Counted from the stretch's first letter, positions 14,570 through 28,237 are shown. The stretch is DNA of 64,000 bases from Tubiluchus corallicola (GCA_030141605.1 JAQGDQ010000103.1:248001-312000); one strand, 5' to 3'. Numbers and translations are program-made. The notes: a model not told the origin generated them from the letters alone.

Positions 14570-16110
14570 AGATGGCTCTGGTAATCTACAGAATGCGTTA
14601 CATAGGATTTTAAACTGGGCCAACATATGGCAACTAAAAACTGGTATTAAAGCAAAAGCCAAGTCTCTCGGGAAATTGAGCTTATTTTAATATTTGGGAA
14701 AACCGTTAGAATGTTTCAGCAATAAAATTGTGATAAGCGTCTCGTGCAATTAGTAAAATCAATTTAAAGTCGTATTTATTTCACTCTTGGGCGCGCTCAT
14801 TTTCAAAGAAAAATGGCGTCATCCGGTTTCCGTGCAATATAAACATTTATACCGCCAGGTGCTTCAGAATCTTTTTTAATTTATAGAGCGAACTCTATAG
14901 ACTAAGTGACCAGCCCGGCACCTACTACGCGCCGGCAAGTTTACGTGCGCATATAAAAGTCAATAAAAATCTGTAAATTAATTATTTACACAATTAATGC
15001 TAATTTCGTACACATTTTAATGTGTGATCCTGTAGATTAAAGCAATGTAACCACTTTAATTTTGACGGACTGATCGAATGACTAATTTCTAGATAAACAC
15101 AGTTAAACACAACATTAGAATAACGGAACTTCTAAATAAACTGTAGAAATATTGCAACTCACACCTTCACACTGCTTGCCTTCACGGCATTCACGCTGCC
15201 CAGCATACAACAGCTTACGTCATTTTTTTGAAATATGCTGGCATCAACGACCGTTTGGCGAGAGATAAGAAATATTTAAATTTCTTTTACATTTTTAAGC
15301 AAAGCAGTCTATGCGCATATTTTGTATTGTGATTTCAATATTTTTAATTGTACATTAAAATGCAATAAATGTTGTTAGAGCGTTGGCTTTTCCTTTAACA
15401 AATGCGATGTACTTCATGTTGGGAAAATAATCCCAGAAATAGCTATTACAATCGTGCAATTCCAGATTCTTCTGTTATTCTGGGTATTCTGTTGTCTAAC
15501 GACTTAAAGGCAAAAGCACACTGTATTGAAGTTTCTACAATAGAATAACGAACATGATCTTTCGTATTTTCAGTACTAAAAATAGCAACATTCTCCTTAA
15601 AGCCTTCAAAGTTTATGTAAGGCCTATAGTTGAATATTGCTCCTTTATATAGAGCCCGTCATTGTATGAGGATGTAGATACTGTTGAAAATGTACAAAGA
15701 TACTTTACAAGGCGATTATACTGTAAATATAACTCGGAACTTACGTGTGAAACCTATCCAGAAAGACTCAAACCCCTTCATTTACGATCATTAGAGGAGA
15801 GACGATTTCTAAACGATTTGGTCATTTGTTACGAAATAATTCGTAGGGATGTTGAATTAGATCCCAAAAAAATTTTACAAGCGCACTCACTGCTAGGACA
15901 AAAAGTAACCATAGTCTAAAGCTTTATGTTAGTTGAACGAATAAAAAAGGTTTTGAGCTTTTCTTCTCCAACCGTGTTGTTCAAGTATGAAATTCCTTAC
16001 CAAGGTCAGTAAATTATGCACCTTTGGTCACTGCAGGAAATTCTAAACTTTTCAAAAATAGATTGAAGTTTTTGAATTTTGATAAATGGCTTGTTTACGA
16101 TAGACGTATG
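14570..16110 (+). mobile_element. CR1-like LINE RT C-terminal fragment, split by a MITE
   Basis: LQNALHRILNWANIWQL|..KCDVLHVG; LLKAFKVYVRPIVEYCS; VENVQRYFTRRL; YPERLKPLHLRSLEERR..DL; FFSNRVV..NSLP. Confidence 0.85.
14651..15394. mobile_element. TTAA-flanked Kolobok/T2-like MITE, family 2, inserted into a LINE fragment
   Basis: TTAA|agcaaaagccaa ... ttggcttttcct|TTAA. Removing it restores the LINE frame WQLKTGINKCDVLHVGK. Reverse copy at 50267-51148. Confidence 0.85.
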
Positions 16111-17281
16111 TCAGCAGCTTATCTCTTTACCTTTCTCCCCGCACTCGTTGTTATTGAGTTATAATTTACTTTTTAATAAGTATTTTAAATGAATGTGAAA
16201 CAATAGAAATAAATAAAAATAAAAATGAATAAATAAGATATACGTTTTATAACACAGAATAACAATACAATACATAGGGCCTTTTTAATTGAAAAAAGTG
16301 TTTTAAAAAAGAAAAAAGTCCCAGGCATAGCGAAAAACACTAACAGGTACTTAACTAAATGAAACGAAACGAAACGAAACAAAACGAAACCAAACCAAAC
16401 GAAACCAAATTAAACTAAACTCTCGCAAATCCACACGATTATGTCTGAACTGAAAATGAAAGTGCCAAAACCAACAGAGTTGCTAGAGCCAAACAAGCCG
16501 TGTGGAATTTCAGCGATAGAACACTTTTTTGTTCAATAGATAATTGAAGATTAGATATTAAATGCAGCAGCCTATATGATACACCATGTAATGTTGCAGT
16601 GGTTTAGGCCTATATGCTGGGAGACTCTCACTCATTAATCAAAGATAAGATAGACAAGATAAGATGCACTTTATTCCAAGTAAAAACTCATAATATCAAT
16701 ACATGTGCAAAATAAAAACTGCTACCTATGTACAAATGCCCCTGAGTCACGCACACTCAAAATACTACCACAATAAAATTATTTAGTGATAAAAATGTAC
16801 AAAGGTAAAAAATAATAGATGTCTTCTGTATTCAACTGATTTAAGTAGTGATAAACTTTAGATAAAAAATACAATCGCTGCTAATATGTTTAACTATATA
16901 ACAACTATATAACTTGTACGCTTATATGTCTAACTATATAACAACGTTTATATGTTAAAACTGTAATTGTAAAAGTTGTGCCAAAGTGCTGAGTGATAAA
17001 AATTTATGAAACATTTATAAATTTTAAGAGCAATAATGAAACATTAATAAAATTCGTTTGACCTAGAAGCTACAGTTGGTGAAAGTGCGAATTAGTTTGT
17101 TTGATCTGTTATAAAAAATAGACCGCTGTCTCTCTCAATATTTTTGTCATCTCATCCCTGATTGTCAATTACATGATCCAGATTACTGACTGACTCAAGT
17201 AATGAGTCGCCTATGCTCACACACATGTTGGTAATGTATTCATGCTATTTGGCTTGACAGAAAGTACTTTCATTTTTTGCC

Positions 17282-17508
<227 letters not shown>

Positions 17509-17859
17509 GTTCAGTGTTCTTTATTTTGCCTTTTTAATTAGTCAAGAACAATCTTGACTTCTATCAGCAAATCTACCACAGCATCTGAGTAAAACGTTGT
17601 TTTGAACATACAGCTGTCTAAGCTCATTTGTTAAACTCTCATATTGCTACCTAGTGTAAGAACCACTATATTAAACTGAAGAAAGCAAGTGGCCTACTTC
17701 AATATAAAACATATAGCGGATTAAGTGATAACGACAAAGTGTATTCAGTAGTATTACTCGAGAGAGGCAATGGAAAATAAGTGTCTCCGATCTAGGCGTG
17801 ACTGTTCGCCCTACAAAGTCGGAATTTTTAACTGTGGGTACAGATGACGACAGGAGTTT

Positions 17860-18970
17860 TCAAAATGGTAATATTACAATTCAGTATAAGCCAAAATACA
17901 TTTATCTCGGGACCCCATCGCTAATGCGAGCATTGCAGAGCAGGTAGAAATTCACTTGCAAATGAAGAAACCAGAGTTGAGAAAATTCGGGTCGTTCCGT
18001 GCTAGAAATCCAGATGCACCATTCCCAGTGAAAAAAACATATGGCAAAGTGCTGTTAAGAATTCTGTGTTATATGCCTGCGAATCTTGGTGCACGAATAA
18101 ATTGAAAGGCATGCAATAGGTTACATATATTCTGTGAAAGCGTTTTTAGGTGTTCGCACTCAAACATGCAATGAAATCGCTCTCTTGTAGCTGGAGGACC
18201 TCATTTACAAGATCTAATTATAAGCAGACAAAGGGGGTTTTGCAGAATTTTCGTGCTCGAACCAACTGTGAGATGTTTCCATTGGCCAAAGCCACAAATT
18301 TAGCTAAAGCGGCTGTTTCACCTATGACAAGATACTTTCGTTTATTAGAGAGGGGAGATCGCGATGTGATTGACAAAGCCAAAGAGAAATTTGCTGAGTT
18401 GGCAGAGAATTCTCACCCGTCGTCGCACGTATTTGAAGTTTAATCGGGCTTTGCAGTTGTATCCCGTTTATGAGAGCGGTGTACCTGAATTTTAAGAAAC
18501 TGCGTTTACCAAGAATTAGATGTAGCTCTCGTTGATTAAACATTGAAGGTGATAGATGGCCAAGATGGGAAAATAGCCTTTGTTCATGTGGCCATATACA
18601 AGATGAAGAGCATATTATGCTAAAATGTCATACAAAGAGTCATCATGATGAACTGAGCTTAGTCTTAATAACGTTGCTAATATACACAAATTAAAGACAT
18701 AAAAGTTCTGTGCATTTACTTGACGTGTATTAAAAGAATACCAATGGATATGAGATGCAATTTTGTTTGATAACTACCTAATGGTTTGGGTCAACTAGTT
18801 TTCCTGTTATTTGTATTTGTTATTGTTGTAATTTGCATTTTATTTTTGTTTGGGAACATATATTATTTGGAATAAGTCGTTTTTTGGACTATTTGTTTCG
18901 CCCCAGACTCGTTATAAATTTTGTGCAATGTATTTACAATTTATAAATGTCAATAAATATCTAATTTAAT
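17860..18970 (+). mobile_element. Degraded LINE 3' fragment
   Basis: YIYLG, SVLYACESW, RIRCSS..L.IE..RW..LCSCGHIQDEEHIMLKC across frameshifts, then an AT-rich 3' UTR with AATAAA. Confidence 0.65.
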
Positions 18971-20703
18971 CCTTTAATAGGTGTCAGCACAAACCTGGTG
19001 GCGATGAAAATCTAAGTTTAAATTACAAATCAAATTCCATAACTACAAGTAAATTAATTTTCCGAAAACTAAATATTAAATTGAACTTGCATCCGATACA
19101 AAACATGGTAGTGGCAACTGTCAACCCACCTTTGCATTACACCGTATTTTTGTTTTTACATATTGTTTTTGCACTCAGAATTCTCTACTATGGGTTTATT
19201 GAAATTAAAATAAATGATAAATAAAAATAAACTTTTATATCAGTATGTGAACTTTACCTAATACGTTTGTTAATTACCTATACAAATTTTGCAGAATTTT
19301 AATCTATTTTTCCATGTATAGGTCTGCTCTGTAATTACATTTATTCTAACTCTTTGTGTCACGGCTTAATCAGAAACGCACTGGGGGTAAATTCAATTGT
19401 TTTAAAAGGCTGAGTGGTCACGACATGACTGCCAAAATTCAGCAGCGTTCTGCTTGGTCAGTTCCAAACCCTCTCGTCCTAGATAGGAGGCCTAATCCAG
19501 GGTAACATGTTTGCCACCCCAATCGGACACCCATGGTGCCTCCATAACACAGCTATTTCTTCAGTGCCAGATTAAGGCATGGGTTTTATGGGCTGCGTGC
19601 TTGCCAGCTGAGGGGCCTCCAGTTAATCTACTGTTAAAAGTTACCACAGAATAACAGTAGACATATGCTGAATTATTTCTTTAAAAAGGTTCAATTAATT
19701 GATATACTGTATAATAACACACTGAAATTGTTTTCTTGTTCATTATTATTGTTTTCTTGTCCAGCTCACTGGTACTGCCACAACGGCAATCCTTTTACAA
19801 TGACACAGTTTTGTAGGAATCGAGATCATATCTACTCTGGCAAAATTACAATTTGTTCTAATTTGTAAGTAATATTATTTAATATTTCAAAAACTTGCTT
19901 TAATTTTGTAAATATTGGAATATCTCCTTTTTTTGTTGCGTTAGACTTGCACTCATCCATGTGGGCCTAATGTTGACATTATGTTGTACAAGTTGAATAA
20001 ACTGATTTGAAGAATCCAACATTCACGCACTCATTAATTATCACTGGGAGCCCGGGCCTCACAGTATCTGCAGTCTAGGGACCTACAAAATCAACATACG
20101 GCCCTGTATATCTTTGTTAACGGAGCCTGTGGATTGTGGATCTGGTTCGGTCTTACCCAATACAATGAAAAGAACTATCAGTCATTACGATACAGTAACA
20201 AGCTACGAACCTACATGAAACTCAAAGCTCAAATAAGTGCCAGGTCTGGTACAGTTAGTATAGTAGGCTAAGATCAGTAAACAAAGTATTGTTCCGTAGG
20301 ATACTTACAGGCTGTTCTGGATGAGTAGGCGATTTTCTAATGGCAAGTTCAGTGACGCGGACACACATACTGTGAAACTTGATTCTCGTACAGTAAATGA
20401 TTTGATTTTGAGTTCAAAATGTCGGGAAAGAAACTTCTGAAATAAGGTGCGTGTATTTTATCTTATTATCCATTAATTACACAGAATCATCACAATGTGC
20501 AATTGTAATAGTCTGGTGGATGGCTTCTTAGTGCTTTAACGTACTGTACTTTGCTGCTTATTATACGATAATAGAAGTTGTAGAGTTGGGGAGTTTTCTG
20601 AAAGGTTTCCGGTATTGGAAAGGTGGTGCAGTCAAAATTTCTTTCATAAATGAGGAGTGATTTGGTCAGTTGGTCGGCGCCATTCATTGCTCCTGTTGTG
20701 ACC

Positions 20704-20890
20704 GGTAATAAAGTCACAGGAAACAATCATAGAAAAAAGTCACAATTTTGGCTAGGAAAAAGTCACAGGAAAAAGGAAGCAAAAGAATTGTTGCTAGTGT
20801 ACGTGTTAGGTTGGATTATTTGTTTTTTTTCCTGTGTCTTTTTTCTGTGACTTTTTTGCGTGTGACTTTTTTACCTGCGACTTTATTACC
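20704..20890. mobile_element. Small fold-back element with aaaagtcacag subrepeats
   Basis: ggtaataaagtcacagg ... cctgcgactttattacc, with mirrored internal subrepeats. Confidence 0.75.
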
Positions 20891-20949
20891 TTGATTTGAC
20901 TAAACTAATTTTTTGCTTTTGTTAATTAAAGTTAAACTCGAGTGTCAGA

Positions 20950-21098
20950 ATGCAACCAATTGCTGAATCAGCAACTGCGAACACCTTTTTGCAAGCTGCT
21001 TCCACAGAAGGCGTGAAAGATGGAATCTCTGCAGAAGAGAAAAAAAGAATAAGCAGTCGAGGCAAACGGAGGATGACATCCACGTGTAGCGCTCGCAG
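20950..21098 (+). CDS. MARCH2/3-like exon 1 (N-terminus)
   Basis: Open from ATG (MQPIAESATAN...STCSAR) to AG|gtaaga; phase 2 matches the next exon. Confidence 0.65.
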
Positions 21099-24000
21099 GT
21101 AAGAAATCTGATGCTACTGTTGCAGCTGCTGCTGGTTAATGATTAATTTCAGATGTTCGCAGAATCATAAGAATGCGCAATCGTAGTACGCCAGGATCAG
21201 ACCACGACATTTTGAGTTCTCTAGTGAATGAAATTATGGGGCCGCCTCCCAGACGAAGCCATTCTGTAAACTCGCCCGCCCCTGTCTTGAATATTTTTAC
21301 ACTCGTTGTATGTAGTTTAGCAACTTTTACACAGCTTGAAGTAAACTTATTGCAAATTCACTAAATAAACTAGAGTAGCCATCTTTTGTGACTCAATAAA
21401 AATGTTGTTTAGGAAATAACGCCATTTTACTATTTATTATAAACCAAATTAGCTCATTTTCAATACGTCCTCAATGAAAAAACCTGATTTTTTACCAAAT
21501 GTTACCAAAGCTTGAGAGCCTCCAAGCTTGAGGGCCCTAGGTTGCAGCCAATTCTAGCCTATAGGTTAATCCAGCCCTGGTAGTTTCGCGGATGCTCATT
21601 TTTACTGCTTTAACATGTACTGCTTTCTGTACTGTAATGGTGGTTGTAATTTTCTGAAAGGTTTCGGGTATTGAAAGGATGCGTCTCGCGCCTCTTTATA
21701 GTTGCTCATCGTTGTTGTTCTTGTTCTTGTGTTGCTACATTTGTGTTTTTATTCTTTTTGGGTAGTTGTTGTCATTGAGTACATTGCTGTTACTGCTGCT
21801 GCTGATGATTGTGGTGGCGGTGGTGTTGGTGGCGATGGCGATTTTGTCAATATACATCTTATACAGATTATGCATATGCCACTAGCATGAGCACTTCTGC
21901 TAACCTTTTGTCATTGTTTGCTTTGCAGTTGTGTGTTTAGTACGAGTACAGACGGTAATTTCTGTCGCATCTGCCACGACTCGGACGTTGAGGAACCGCT
22001 GATTTCCCCCTGTCAGTGCACGGGGTCTGTTGGGGTGGTTCACAGGACATGCGTGGAGAGGTGGCTGATGTCGTCCAACACAGACGCGTGTGAACTTTGT
22101 CGTTTTCACTATTTGACACAGAAAACCAGAAGACCATTTGGTGAGGTGCGTTCAAGATATGACTTTGCTGTATATGACTTTACTGGTAAAAAATTACAAA
22201 AGAATAAGTGCTGAAAACTTTAAACAAACATGTCAACGCCAAGAAAGAATTCATAATTTTTGACGCTGCCATAAACTGAAAACTTAAAAAAGCATGTTAA
22301 CGCTAAGTAAGAATTCATAATTTTTGACACTGCCATATACTAAATATTTTCAAAAAAAACATGTCGACGCTAAGTAAGAATTTATAATTTTTGACACTGC
22401 CATATACTGAAAGCTTTAAACAAACATGTCAACGCCAAGTAAAAATTGTAATATTTGACACTGCCATATACTGAAAACTTAAAAAACGTGTCAAGGCTAA
22501 GAAGAATTCATAATTTCTGTCATTGTCAATTTTTTAAAAATCTTAATTTTTTGAATATCATTTTCTCGTAGTTCCATTTTCTGCCCTTTATTCTTCTAAT
22601 AGTCATAATTATTAAAGCTACTATATTAGCGTTCATTAATTAGCCATTTTGCATTTTTAGTGGTTGTATGTATTTTGCATTTTAGTGGTTGAAAACCCCT
22701 GGCAATCTCACTGAGAGAAAGCATCTATTAGGCGATGTCGTCTGTTTTTTCGTGCTCTGCCCTCTAGCGACGGTATGTGGAATTTTATGTATATTATCTA
22801 AGAATCTTAAGGATATTGCTAGTTAGGTTTAACGACGCCACTAGCTAATATTATGAATGATAACATAGGCGAGATTCATAAATTAGTATATGGTTAGAAC
22901 CAGACTTCAGAAAAAACCTTCTGCTAAAGAAATTCTTTCTTTTTTTGATAATAACATTTAAAAGACTACTATAAATTACAAAATAATTTGTTACTTAATG
23001 GAAGACAGGATGATTTTTCATGTTTTACCCTATTTTCAAGTCCGATAAAAAGTATACATTTTAACACTAATAATACTGGAAAAGCGTTTCTGATAATTAA
23101 ATAATAGATTAGAAACTTAATTAACGGCGGGCAAGCCCAACTATTGATGACGTCACAAACTAACATAATTTTCAACACCAAAAATATTTTACGAGAGTGT
23201 TGTGCGTATTTTCGGAAAGGAAAATTGAAGTACAGTGCTACTGTAAGAAGAAACAACAGAAAACCGGAGAACAAAGGAGATAAAATCACATGCGGAATTA
23301 ATAATGATTACGTAATGTCATTATAGTAAACTTACAAAGATTATGACGTGGCATATTATTATTATAACAGCATTTTAATCAAAGCTGTAACTATGCGTAA
23401 ATTTTATGTTTGTATTATTTGGTAAATTAAAGCAGTAATGTATTTCATGAATTTGCATATAATTAATATCATATAAGTTGTGTTCATTTTTAATGTTTTC
23501 AATGGTTGTGCATTTGTAAAATTTGTAGATGTTACATTGTATTTTTTGTTCATGAGTGTTAAAATTAAGTAGAAATTAATTAATATTGTAGAGTTTCAAA
23601 TAATTTTATTATAGGTGCTATTGCATTCATCAGTCCTCCGACGGATTGTACACAAAAATTTTATGTATATGTATTTTGTACAGTACAGTTTGTGTACATT
23701 AATTGCAAAAAAGATTCATCATCATCATCATCATCATTATTATCATTATTATTATTATATTATATTATTATATTAATTCAGGCTTATGCAGTTTGTATAT
23801 TGTTACGTAAATATCTTACAAAATTAGCTATCTATTTTTTTTGTAAAAACCTATTAAACTTTTGACTTAGATTGACAGTGCGCTACTTTTCTTCTGGACG
23901 AATAATGTCATTGGAAGAAGAATAGACTTTGAAAATGGAAGCGCCTTAACATGAAGTTATGGCGACTTTAAAGCGATTTTACTAGTTACATGAGGCGCTT

Positions 24001-24777
24001 ATTGCAGTTTTATTACTAAATCATTCTAATATTTTTCGTGAACATTGAAATAAGATTAACCTCCTAGCAGCAGGCTTGGCCTTTCCTTTAAACTTCTTTA
24101 GAAGGACTCCTTTAATGGAAAGGACAAGTCACTTGGGTTTATTTTTTCTGTTATTGTTAATTTTATTGTTACTGTTGTTACAGCAGCTAAAATGTAACAA
24201 AGAAATTTAAAAAAAGCTGTCTATAAGGCATAAAGCTAATTTAGACTACTACCGTGTAGCAATTTTCAGGCGTTCTGATTGCCACCAATTACTTGAAAAT
24301 TGTGATGTAACTGGTGGACTTCGTGACTTTTCGTAAGTACGTCATGGTTTTCTGTAAGTACACGATGCTTAAACTAATTAAAATTTCTGCAGCTTACCTT
24401 ACGTTCATGCAAAAACACCGCAAAATTGTCTAATTTTTTGTAAAAAACTGTTTTTTGAGGGTAATTCACTGTGCCCCGCTTTTCTCCAGTCGATGAATGA
24501 CGTCATTGGCAGTTCAAAATTTGAACGCACAAGCGTGACACGGTTGCGACTCTAAAGTGTTCTTACTTAATTGCTAAGCTCATAAACATTGAAATAAGCT
24601 GTCATTTTAAGCTTAAGAAATTATTTATAATTTCAATATCAAAATTATAATTAAACGTGAAAAAGGTTTACAATTTTTCAGAAAAAAAATCAGTTAATTG
24701 TGTGTTTGTTCTATTGCTAAGGTCGTTTACTGTAAATACTGTTTTTCCTTCCACCTTACATACTACAACGTTAATGG

Positions 24778-24843
<66 letters not shown>

Positions 24844-25131
24844 CATTATTATTATTTTATATGCCATATTATTAGGTATGAATTGCAGTTTCTAATGTAA
24901 CTGCACCGTCACCGTCACCGTCACCGTCACCACATCACCACATCACCACATCACCACATCACCACATCACCACATCATCACATCATCATCATCATCACAT
25001 CATCATCATCACATCATCATCATCACATCATCACATCATCATCATCACATCATCATCATCACATCATCATCATCACATCATCATCATCACATCATCATCA
25101 TCACATCATCATCATCACATCATCATCATCA

Positions 25132-25163
<32 letters not shown>

Positions 25164-27727
25164 CATCATCATCATCATCATCACATCATCATCATCATCA
25201 TCATCATCACATCATCATCATCATCATCATCACATCATCATCATCATCATCACATCATCATCATCATCATCATCATCATCACATCATCATCATCACATCA
25301 TCATCATCACATCATCATCATCATCATCACATCATCATCACATCATCACATCATCACATCATCATATCATCATCACATCATCAACACATCATCATATCAT
25401 CATATCATCATATCATCATATCATCATCATCATATCATCATCATCATCATTATGGTTTAGTGCTAACTTACCAGTATATTATGGCAATCACTTATTATAA
25501 TAGCACCTATCAATATACTTCACCTAAAATTGGGTAAAACAAATCAGCTACTGTTCTATATTCATGTATTCATGTTCACTTTATAGGTTAGTGCCTGGCT
25601 GTGCATAAGAGGAGTAAAGCACTATATCAAATGGGAGGACAAATGGGAAGCAGCAGGGCTTCTTTTTCTCACCAGCTTTCTCTTGACCATTTTCTTAGTT
25701 TGGTTGGGAGTAAGTAGACCTTTTATTGTTATTTATAGCCTCCCTACAAATGTTTCCTCTTGACTTCCCTTCTGTTTAGTTTAAAAAACCTTAGTAAGAT
25801 AGTTTTTCCGATGATACCACACTCAGTTAGCAATGATAATTAGTTTATATCGATTTTTCCATTTTTGTTGATTGAAAATCGTTCAGATTAACAACAATAC
25901 CAATAACAACTAAATCTGCTGTCATAACCAAGATATAGACAAAGGATGATGATGATGATGATAATGATGATAAAAAGAAGAACTTTACTGCCATCACCAC
26001 CGTCACCGTCACCATCACCTACTTCGCCATCACCTCTACTACAACCACCAGCATCATCACCACACCACCACCAGTATTCCCATAACTGTCACATGAGTAA
26101 CATCTTGTCTGTTTACGCAATCAGTCGAACGTTCTTTTGTGATAAGGCGTGACGTCATTAGGTGAAATTTTTATGAGAATTAAAGATAATTAAACCTTAT
26201 GAGAATTTATACCCTACTAAACAGTTTCTAAATTGTTAAAGCAATCATTATTATTTACCATTTATTCGTACGTGTTTAGCTCAAACAATACAATCACGTT
26301 GGCGAATTAGCACCCAAAAAACGAAAAAAGAACAAAAAAGAAATTATGCATTTCAACACAATTTTTGCAACTTTTCTTGTATTCTCTAGGTGTCACTGCG
26401 TTACCATTACCGTGCTTTCTCAGAGTGGCAAAATACACACTTTTATGTTAAAGTTATTGGATTGTGTGAGTTGGACTCCACGAAACGACTTGGGCCTGAT
26501 CATTCCTGCTTACCAGATATAGAATGTGACGATATCTTCTGTGAAGAAAATGAACTAGGTGTGTTTCTTCTGGCTGACATATTCACGTATGCTTCATTAT
26601 TTCCTGCCAATTGTTTATTAGTAAATGTAGATTGTAATGATTGTACAATGTGCATATAATGTCCATGTTCTCTTTAATAACGTATGTATGTGTATTAGTA
26701 AAAACTGTGTATGTAAATGTTCGCTGATCCACTATTTATTTATTCCCTTATTTTTCCGTTCATTCGTTCGTTCATTCATTTTTCCATTCGTTTATTCATT
26801 CATTCATTCATTCATTCATTCATTCATTCATTCATTCATTTATTCATTCATTCATTCAATCAATATTCAATCAATCAATCAATCATTCATTCATTCCATT
26901 TATTCGTTCATTCCATTCATTCATTCATTCATTCATTCATTCATTCATTCATTCATTCATTCATTCATTCATTCATTCATTCATTCATTCATTCATTCAT
27001 TCATTCATTCATTCATTCATTCGTTCATTCATTCATCCATTCATTCATTCATTCATCCATCCATTAATTAATTCATTCATTCATTCATTCAGTCGTTAAC
27101 TCATTCGTTCATTCATTCATTCATTTATTCATTCGTTCACGCATTCAATTCAATTCATTCATTTATTCGTTCAGTCATTCACTCATTCATTCATTCAATC
27201 AATTCATTAATTTGTTTCTTCATTTGTTCACTCATTTATTTATTTATTTATTCATTCATTCATTCATTCAATTCATTCGTTCGTTCGTTCATTTACTCAT
27301 TCATTCATTCATTCGGTATTTGGTTCATTCAATGATTTTATTGATTTTTCCAGTCAATGTTGTCCAAGATGCATCTCAAACAAGAATGATAGCCAGCACA
27401 CCAATCAGAATAGTGACGTCACCTCGGCGAAGTTCTTCGCAATCGCGTCGTCTATCCGGATTTTCCGCCGGCGCTCGTCGACCTTTGCCAGACGGTTCAG
27501 AATGCTGTCCAACAGCTGACTCACACCGACCCGCAGGTGCCGCTACCTGTCATGGACCCGCCCTAGGTGTCTCTGCCATTCGATCGTATTCCATGTGCAC
27601 AATCAAAGAACAGGATGACGTAGAAGTGACGTCAGACGTACAGAAAGAAAGCAATATGGCCGCTCAGGTGGCTGATCAGCCATTACAAAAGCATGTTGAT
27701 ACTAACATGGCTGCTCGCATGGTATAG
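20950..27727 (+). CDS. MARCHF2/3: E3 ubiquitin ligase, MARCH2/MARCH3-like (RING-CH plus two TM helices), about 372 aa, 6 coding exons
   Basis: Exons 20950-21098, 21929-22145, 22686-22772, 25587-25709, 26390-26558 and 27354-27727 are all GT-AG with consistent phases (1119 nt in total). C4HC3 RING-CH: CRICH..LISPCQCTGS..VHRTCVERWL..CELC. MARCH2/3-type segments WLKTPG..LLGDVVCFFVLCPLATVSAWLCIRG and EAAGL..WLGVSLRYH..EW. Confidence 0.9.
21929..22145 (+). CDS. MARCH2/3-like exon 2 (RING-CH domain)
   Basis: ctttgcag acceptor, complete C4HC3 motif, GAG|gtgcgt donor. Confidence 0.92.
22211..22520. repeat. About 65-bp minisatellite, 5 copies, in MARCH intron 2
   Basis: Recurring ctgaaaact..aaacatgtcaacgc.aag.aagaattcataatttttgacactgccata. 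Confidence 0.88.
22686..22772 (+). CDS. MARCH2/3-like exon 3
   Basis: WLKTPGNLTERKHLLGDVVCFFVLCPLAT between tttag and gtatgt. Confidence 0.88.
22996..23246. mobile_element. Kolobok/T2-like MITE, family 1 (5' half)
   Basis: Starts ttaatggaagacaggatgatttttca, matching the 12560 copy. Confidence 0.7.
24781..25452. repeat. (TTA)n followed by compound (CACCGT)/(CACAT)/(CAT)n repeats
   Basis: Direct inspection. Confidence 0.95.
25587..25709 (+). CDS. MARCH2/3-like exon 4 (TM region)
   Basis: VSAWLCIRGVKHYIKWEDKWEAAGLLFLTSFLLTIFLVWLG between ttatag and gtaagt. Confidence 0.88.
26390..26558 (+). CDS. MARCH2/3-like exon 5
   Basis: VSLRYHYRAFSEWQNTHFYVKVI after a ctctag acceptor; G|gtgtgt donor, phase 1. 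Confidence 0.8.
26750..27330. repeat. (TTCA)n tetranucleotide repeat in MARCH intron 5
   Basis: Direct inspection. Confidence 0.95.
27354..27727 (+). CDS. MARCH2/3-like exon 6 (Ser/Arg/Pro-rich tail)
   Basis: tttttccag acceptor in phase 1; GC-rich open frame ending ...NMAARMV*. Confidence 0.7.
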
Positions 27728-28237
27728 AAAGTCTGGTTCAACGGGTCATGAAAAAAAGAGGTTTGGCATTGGGTCCTACATTTTAACTCTTTACACTAAA
27801 CCTCTATTATTAATATTTTATTTATACAATATAACAATATAGTTTAACTGATCTCTTTAAAATTATTTATTTATTAGCGATATAATTCATAATTGTACTG
27901 AATGTTCTGTGATGACAACTATAGGATTTAAATGTATTAATAATTTAATTGGTTTGCACTAACCGTATTAAGATATTTATTTATTTACAATACTAAAACT
28001 GACTCTGTGATATTAATATGTAAAAGATAAATAACATATGTGACATACGTAAAACTTAACGTAAATTTGTGCTTGTTTGTCTTAAGCATTTATATTTCGT
28101 TGTGGTTTGTGAAGTTGTTATATGTTTGAGTGAAAAAAAGAGTCAACTGCATGATTTCTTCAAAAATGCTTGCTTACGAGTATTTGTCGCATTTACAAAT
28201 TCAAAATTGGTAGATAGGAATAATTCTCTTTCTAGGT

